DNA of 62,666 nucleotides, filler included, from Pseudomonadota bacterium (GTDB lineage Bacteria; Pseudomonadota; Alphaproteobacteria; Paracaedibacterales; CAIOTO01): NCBI GenBank assembly GCA_040387495.1. It is 4 parts of 3 records of this genome, joined end to end, with 100 filler letters (N's around TTAATTAATTAA, not from the genome) between each part and the next. Parts side by side here need not be neighbours in the genome. Positions count along the whole stretch, not along the records: positions 53,538 to 62,666 come from JAZKDQ010000020.1; 3 more parts are not named here. One strand, 5' to 3'. Shown piece by piece: positions 58,498 to 62,666 of this stretch (position 1 is its first letter; each line of letters starts with the position of its first letter). The notes under the pieces were generated by a model. It saw only the letters and a program-made list of their open reading frames with translations, ran no database searches and was not told where the DNA came from. The position numbers and the translations under genes were made by a program.

Positions 58498-60072
58498 TCA
58501 ACTCGGAGGACTTCCCAAAACACGGGTAAGTTCCTCCATTGTTGTGACACGATCTTTCACTAATTGAAACCCATGATCCCACAACGTTGGAAAATGCCGC
58601 TGTGATCGCAGCTTCGCCAAATCCGACCGATCGCCACCTTTCGTGATGATATCGTTAAATTCCTCATCAAAAGTAAGGTGTTCCATAACAATAGTTCGTC
58701 CTTTATACCCACTTACACACAATTTACATGCCGACGTAGTGTCTCCAAAACATGTCTGACACAGTCGTCGCACGAGACGCTGTGCGATCACAGCTTGCAA
58801 AGATCCTGCTAACAACACAGAAGATAATCCCAAATCAATAAGTCGACCCGGCACACCCAGCACATCCTGTGTGTGCAATGTGGATAGCACTAAGTGTCCC
58901 GTCAAAACTGCACGCAACGCCATGCTCGCTGTTTCTTCATCCCGTATTTCACCAATTAAAATCACGTCCGGATCTTGTCGCAGCAAGGACCTAACCCCAT
59001 CCCCATAGGTCAGAACATGGTGATCGTGAATTTCGGTTTGACGAATGCCGGGTAATACCGATTCAATTGGTGCCTCGAGTGTCATAACGTTTCGCGTGGC
59101 TGTATCAATTGTTGAAAGTAGTGCATATAAAGTCGTCGTCTTGCCAGCACCCGTCGGCCCTGTAAGCACGATTAGGCCCTGCGGTGCTTTTGTTATGCGG
59201 CGAAGATCTGAGGCAATATCAGTTGGAAACCCAAGTTCATCAAGGCTCAAAACACGTTTTTCACGATTGAGAAGCCTTAATACAATGTTCTCGCCATACA
59301 ACGTAGGATGTGTGCTGACACGAATATCAATATCACGACTGTGTATAGATTTCAAAAAATGCCCACTTTGAGGGCGCCTAGCTTCTGCAATATCAAGGTG
59401 TGCGCATACTTTCAACCGGTTCAGCATCTGCGGCCACTTGGATGGGTGAATGACACACACTGTTTCAAGGACTCCGTCAATGCGAAAACGAACAGTAATA
59501 TCGCGTTCATCTGGTTGAAAATGAATATCGGACGCATCGCGGTGTGTTGCATCATCAATGATATGTTCCAACAACAAAAGCGGAGTATCAGCAGCCTCAA
59601 CGGTGCTTTTGGGGGATAATTCTTTAAGGTGTGAGCGTATTTGCTTTTGATCTGCATGAAAGAATTTAATATCGATTGTGCGCGGATATGTTTGGTTGAT
59701 GTGATGACGTAGGGTATCAGCGGCTTTTAAATCTTCTGGATCAGACATTGCAATTGAAATCTGTGCTTTACCTGAATTAAAAGGATATGCGAGTAAATCA
59801 AGGCAAAGCTGTAGTGGAAGTAATTGCATGCCTTGTTTTGATGCTGGTTGAATATTTCTAAGATCAATGAAAGGCAGACCACTGTTTTCTGATTTTAACT
59901 TTTGGAGCACCATCGGACACATGTAACCCATATCGATTAGAATACCATCCAGTGCTTTGTTCGTTGACTTTTGCTCGCTTAATGCAACGTTTAATTGATC
60001 TGCAGTAATATAATTTTTTGAAAGAAGCGCTTTAATCAAAGCCTGTTCTTGATAGGATAATATTTCTTTCAA
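58498..60072 (-). CDS. GspE/PilB-family secretion ATPase
   Basis: ASDIHF, RFRIDG, GPTGAGKTT, LRQDPDVILIGEIRD, TGHLVLSTLH, CxxC..CxxC. Start placed at TTG 60072 (uncertain; the ORF is open to 60222). Confidence 0.92.
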   Translation of the reverse strand: MKEILSYQEQALIKALLSKNYITADQLNVALSEQKSTNKALDGILIDMGYMCPMVLQKLKSENSGLPFIDLRNIQPASKQGMQLLPLQLCLDLLAYPFNSGKAQISIAMSDPEDLKAADTLRHHINQTYPRTIDIKFFHADQKQIRSHLKELSPKSTVEAADTPLLLLEHIIDDATHRDASDIHFQPDERDITVRFRIDGVLETVCVIHPSKWPQMLNRLKVCAHLDIAEARRPQSGHFLKSIHSRDIDIRVSTHPTLYGENIVLRLLNREKRVLSLDELGFPTDIASDLRRITKAPQGLIVLTGPTGAGKTTTLYALLSTIDTATRNVMTLEAPIESVLPGIRQTEIHDHHVLTYGDGVRSLLRQDPDVILIGEIRDEETASMALRAVLTGHLVLSTLHTQDVLGVPGRLIDLGLSSVLLAGSLQAVIAQRLVRRLCQTCFGDTTSACKLCVSGYKGRTIVMEHLTFDEEFNDIITKGGDRSDLAKLRSQRHFPTLWDHGFQLVKDRVTTMEELTRVLGSPPS

Positions 60073-60259
60073 AACAGATACCTTTTGTTTTCTTTCTAAA
60101 AACAAGTGTACACAATTTGTGTGAAAAATTCGTAAATGCGACTCTCTGTATTTTAAGAATAGTCGAGGAAGAATATCTCTGTCCTTGACAAAAACATATG
60201 ATTTCAGCTTTACTGAAGCCAATATTAATAAATGCTTTTAATAAGGAATTTCATACCCC

Positions 60260-62104
60260 ATGTCGACGCCAAGCCCAGTACTTAAATCACCCTACCGTAC
60301 ACATACCTGTGGTCAGTTGCGTGGTAGCAATAATGGCGAAACAGTAAAACTATCTGGGTGGATTCACCGTAAGCGTGACCACGGAAACTTGGTATTTATC
60401 GACTTACGTGATCATTATGGGTTAACGCAATGCGTGGTCGATGTCGATAGTGCAGGTTTCGCAATCATTGATGGTGTGCGTAACGAAACAGTCATTCAGA
60501 TTGAAGGTGAAGTTGTTAAACGATCAGCTGATACCATAAATTGTAAAATGCCAACAGGTGATATTGAGGTGGTAGTTAAGCACGTAGTTGTGTTATCAAA
60601 AGCTGATCAATTGCCGCTTCAGGTAAATTCAGATGCTGAATTTCCAGAAGAAACGCGTTTGACGTATCGTTTCTTGGATTTACGCCGTGAAAAATTGCAT
60701 CAGAATATCGTGCTTCGTTCGAACGTAATTGCATCACTTCGTCGCCGAATGATTGATCAAGGGTTTATGGAATTTCAAACGCCTATTTTGACGTCTTCCT
60801 CCCCTGAGGGTGCGCGTGACTTTTTGGTGCCAAGCCGTTTACACCCAGGGCAGTTCTATGCATTGCCGCAAGCTCCTCAACAATTTAAGCAGCTTTTGAT
60901 GGTTGCTGGGTTTGATCGTTATTTTCAAATCGCACCTTGTTTCCGTGATGAAGATGCGCGTGCTGACCGTTCTCCTGGCGAGTTCTATCAGTTGGATATT
61001 GAAATGTCATTTGTGACACAAGAAGAAGTTTTTGCAGCTGTTGAACCTGTTTTGGCTGGTGTTTTTAATGAATTTGCCAATGGTAAGGCTGTGACGCAAG
61101 GATTATTTCCACGGATTCCATATGCTGAATCGATGTTAAAATACGGAAATGATAAGCCAGATTTGCGTAACCCATTGGTTATTTCAGATGTAACTGAAGT
61201 CTTTAAAGACTCTGGTTTTGGTATTTTTGCAAAAGGAATTGATAAGGGGTTTGTTGTTCGTGCAATTCCGGCAACAGGCGCCGCTACGCAACCACGTAGC
61301 TTCTTTGATAAGTTGAATGGTTGGGCACAAGATACAGGTATGGCTGGTTTGGGTTACATTGTTTTTGACGGTGATGATGCAAAAGGACCTATTGCTAAAT
61401 TCTTGGATGCTGACCGTTTAGCATTGCTTAAGAAATTGTCTGGTGTTGCCTCTGGCGATGCAGTGTTTTTCGTCTGTGATAAAGAATCAAAGGCCGCTAA
61501 GTTTGCAGGTCTTGCACGCACGCGTATTGCGACAGAACTTGATTTGATTGAAAAGAATGCGTTCCGTTTCTGTTGGGTTGTTGATTTCCCGATGTACGAA
61601 CAAGACGAAGACACTGGCAAAATCGACTTCTCGCATAATCCATTTTCCATGCCACAAGGTGGCTTGGATGCATTGTTGACGCAAGATCCATTGACGATTA
61701 ATGCGTATCAATATGACATCGTGTGCAATGGTATTGAGCTTTCTAGTGGTGCAATTCGTAACCATTTGCCAGAAGTAATGTATAAAGCGTTTGAAATTGC
61801 TGGGTATTCAAAAGAAACCGTTGAAGAACAGTTTTCAGGTATGCTGAATGCCTTTAAATTTGGTGCACCGCCGCACGGTGGATCTGCGCCAGGCGTTGAT
61901 CGTATTGTAATGTTGCTCGCAGATGAGCCAAATATTCGCGAAGTGATTGTGTTCCCAATGAACCAACAAGCGCAAGACTTAATGATGAAGGCACCATCGG
62001 TTGTTGAACCAGAACGTCTAAAGGAATTGCATTTGCAGGTGAACTTGCCAAAGCCAAAAGAGGTGTTGGTAAAGAAAGTAATAGATGCAGCAGTCGCTGG
62101 TTAA
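60260..62104 (+). CDS. aspS: Aspartyl-tRNA synthetase
   Basis: [36 protein letters not shown]. Confidence 0.98.
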   Translation: MSTPSPVLKSPYRTHTCGQLRGSNNGETVKLSGWIHRKRDHGNLVFIDLRDHYGLTQCVVDVDSAGFAIIDGVRNETVIQIEGEVVKRSADTINCKMPTGDIEVVVKHVVVLSKADQLPLQVNSDAEFPEETRLTYRFLDLRREKLHQNIVLRSNVIASLRRRMIDQGFMEFQTPILTSSSPEGARDFLVPSRLHPGQFYALPQAPQQFKQLLMVAGFDRYFQIAPCFRDEDARADRSPGEFYQLDIEMSFVTQEEVFAAVEPVLAGVFNEFANGKAVTQGLFPRIPYAESMLKYGNDKPDLRNPLVISDVTEVFKDSGFGIFAKGIDKGFVVRAIPATGAATQPRSFFDKLNGWAQDTGMAGLGYIVFDGDDAKGPIAKFLDADRLALLKKLSGVASGDAVFFVCDKESKAAKFAGLARTRIATELDLIEKNAFRFCWVVDFPMYEQDEDTGKIDFSHNPFSMPQGGLDALLTQDPLTINAYQYDIVCNGIELSSGAIRNHLPEVMYKAFEIAGYSKETVEEQFSGMLNAFKFGAPPHGGSAPGVDRIVMLLADEPNIREVIVFPMNQQAQDLMMKAPSVVEPERLKELHLQVNLPKPKEVLVKKVIDAAVAG

Positions 62105-62630
62105 TATATCACGTTCAGCAAATGATGCCGTTCGCATTTTAGGACTTGATCCCGGCCTTCGTCATACGGGCTGGGGATTAATTGAATCTAAGGGGCAGGG
62201 GCTGAGGTATCTTGCATCTGGTGTAATTAATCCAAATGTTAAAGAGGAGTCATTGGCGCTTCGGCTGGCAGAGCTGTTTGAAATATTGCTTGATGTTGTT
62301 AAAACGTGTGTGCCTGACGAAGCTGTTGTTGAAGAAGTGTTTGTGAATAAAAATCCAGGTTCAACACTGAAGCTTGGTATGGCGCGTGGTGTTGTTCTGC
62401 TTGTGCCTGCACACTGCAAAGTTCCTGTTTTTGAATATACGGCGAATCAGGTGAAAAAATCAGTTGTTGGTGCAGGGCATGCGGATAAGAATCAAGTAAT
62501 GCATATGGTGCGGCGCTTGTTACCGACATCACCAGCTGATATGAAGCCAGATGCAGCTGATGCGTTAGCTGTTGCGCTTTGTCATGCACACCAACGTATG
62601 CTTAATCGATATATAGCAATTAAAGTTTAA
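62085..62630 (+). CDS. ruvC: Holliday junction resolvase RuvC
   Basis: [27 protein letters not shown]. Confidence 0.95.
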   Translation: MQQSLVNISRSANDAVRILGLDPGLRHTGWGLIESKGQGLRYLASGVINPNVKEESLALRLAELFEILLDVVKTCVPDEAVVEEVFVNKNPGSTLKLGMARGVVLLVPAHCKVPVFEYTANQVKKSVVGAGHADKNQVMHMVRRLLPTSPADMKPDAADALAVALCHAHQRMLNRYIAIKV

Positions 62631-62666
62631 ATTGATTATAATTTAGTGAAGAAAACCAGCAGCGAT

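Overview
AT-rich alphaproteobacterial DNA. Gene content and the many orphan signal-peptide proteins suggest a host-associated, probably protist-endosymbiotic lineage of Holosporales type (inference). The window is four contigs joined by artificial 100-nt N/TTAATTAATTAA/N linkers (21289-21388, 49101-49200, 53438-53537), so adjacency across the linkers is not evidence. Core genes are dnaE, rpoN, lptBAC, ndk, a pgsA-like gene, uvrB, tRNA-Ser(GCT), aqpZ, mraY, metNI, atpC, ychF, aspS and ruvC. There are two Caulobacter-like flagellar blocks (fliF-fliG-fliH-fliN-flbD-flhA and fliL-fliM-DUF6468-motE) with CtrA-type and FlbD-type sites. Accessory genes include APH(9), alternative oxidase, an orphan VgrG with a long Ala/Asp/Lys repeat tail, an orphan GspE/PilB ATPase, IS3 and IS982 remnants and several pseudogenes. 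The most striking signals are candidate host-directed eukaryote-mimicking proteins. One is a small secreted protein carrying a near-exact copy of the ubiquitin C-terminal segment (DYNEQKESTLHLVL). Another is a secreted coiled-coil protein ending in a CaaX prenylation box (CVIS). Two TraB/GumN (TIKI-type) proteins, two exported glycosyltransferases, a secreted methyltransferase-like protein and a Cys-repeat protein belong to the same group. A promoter/terminator-bounded candidate sRNA lies at about 52828-52924.
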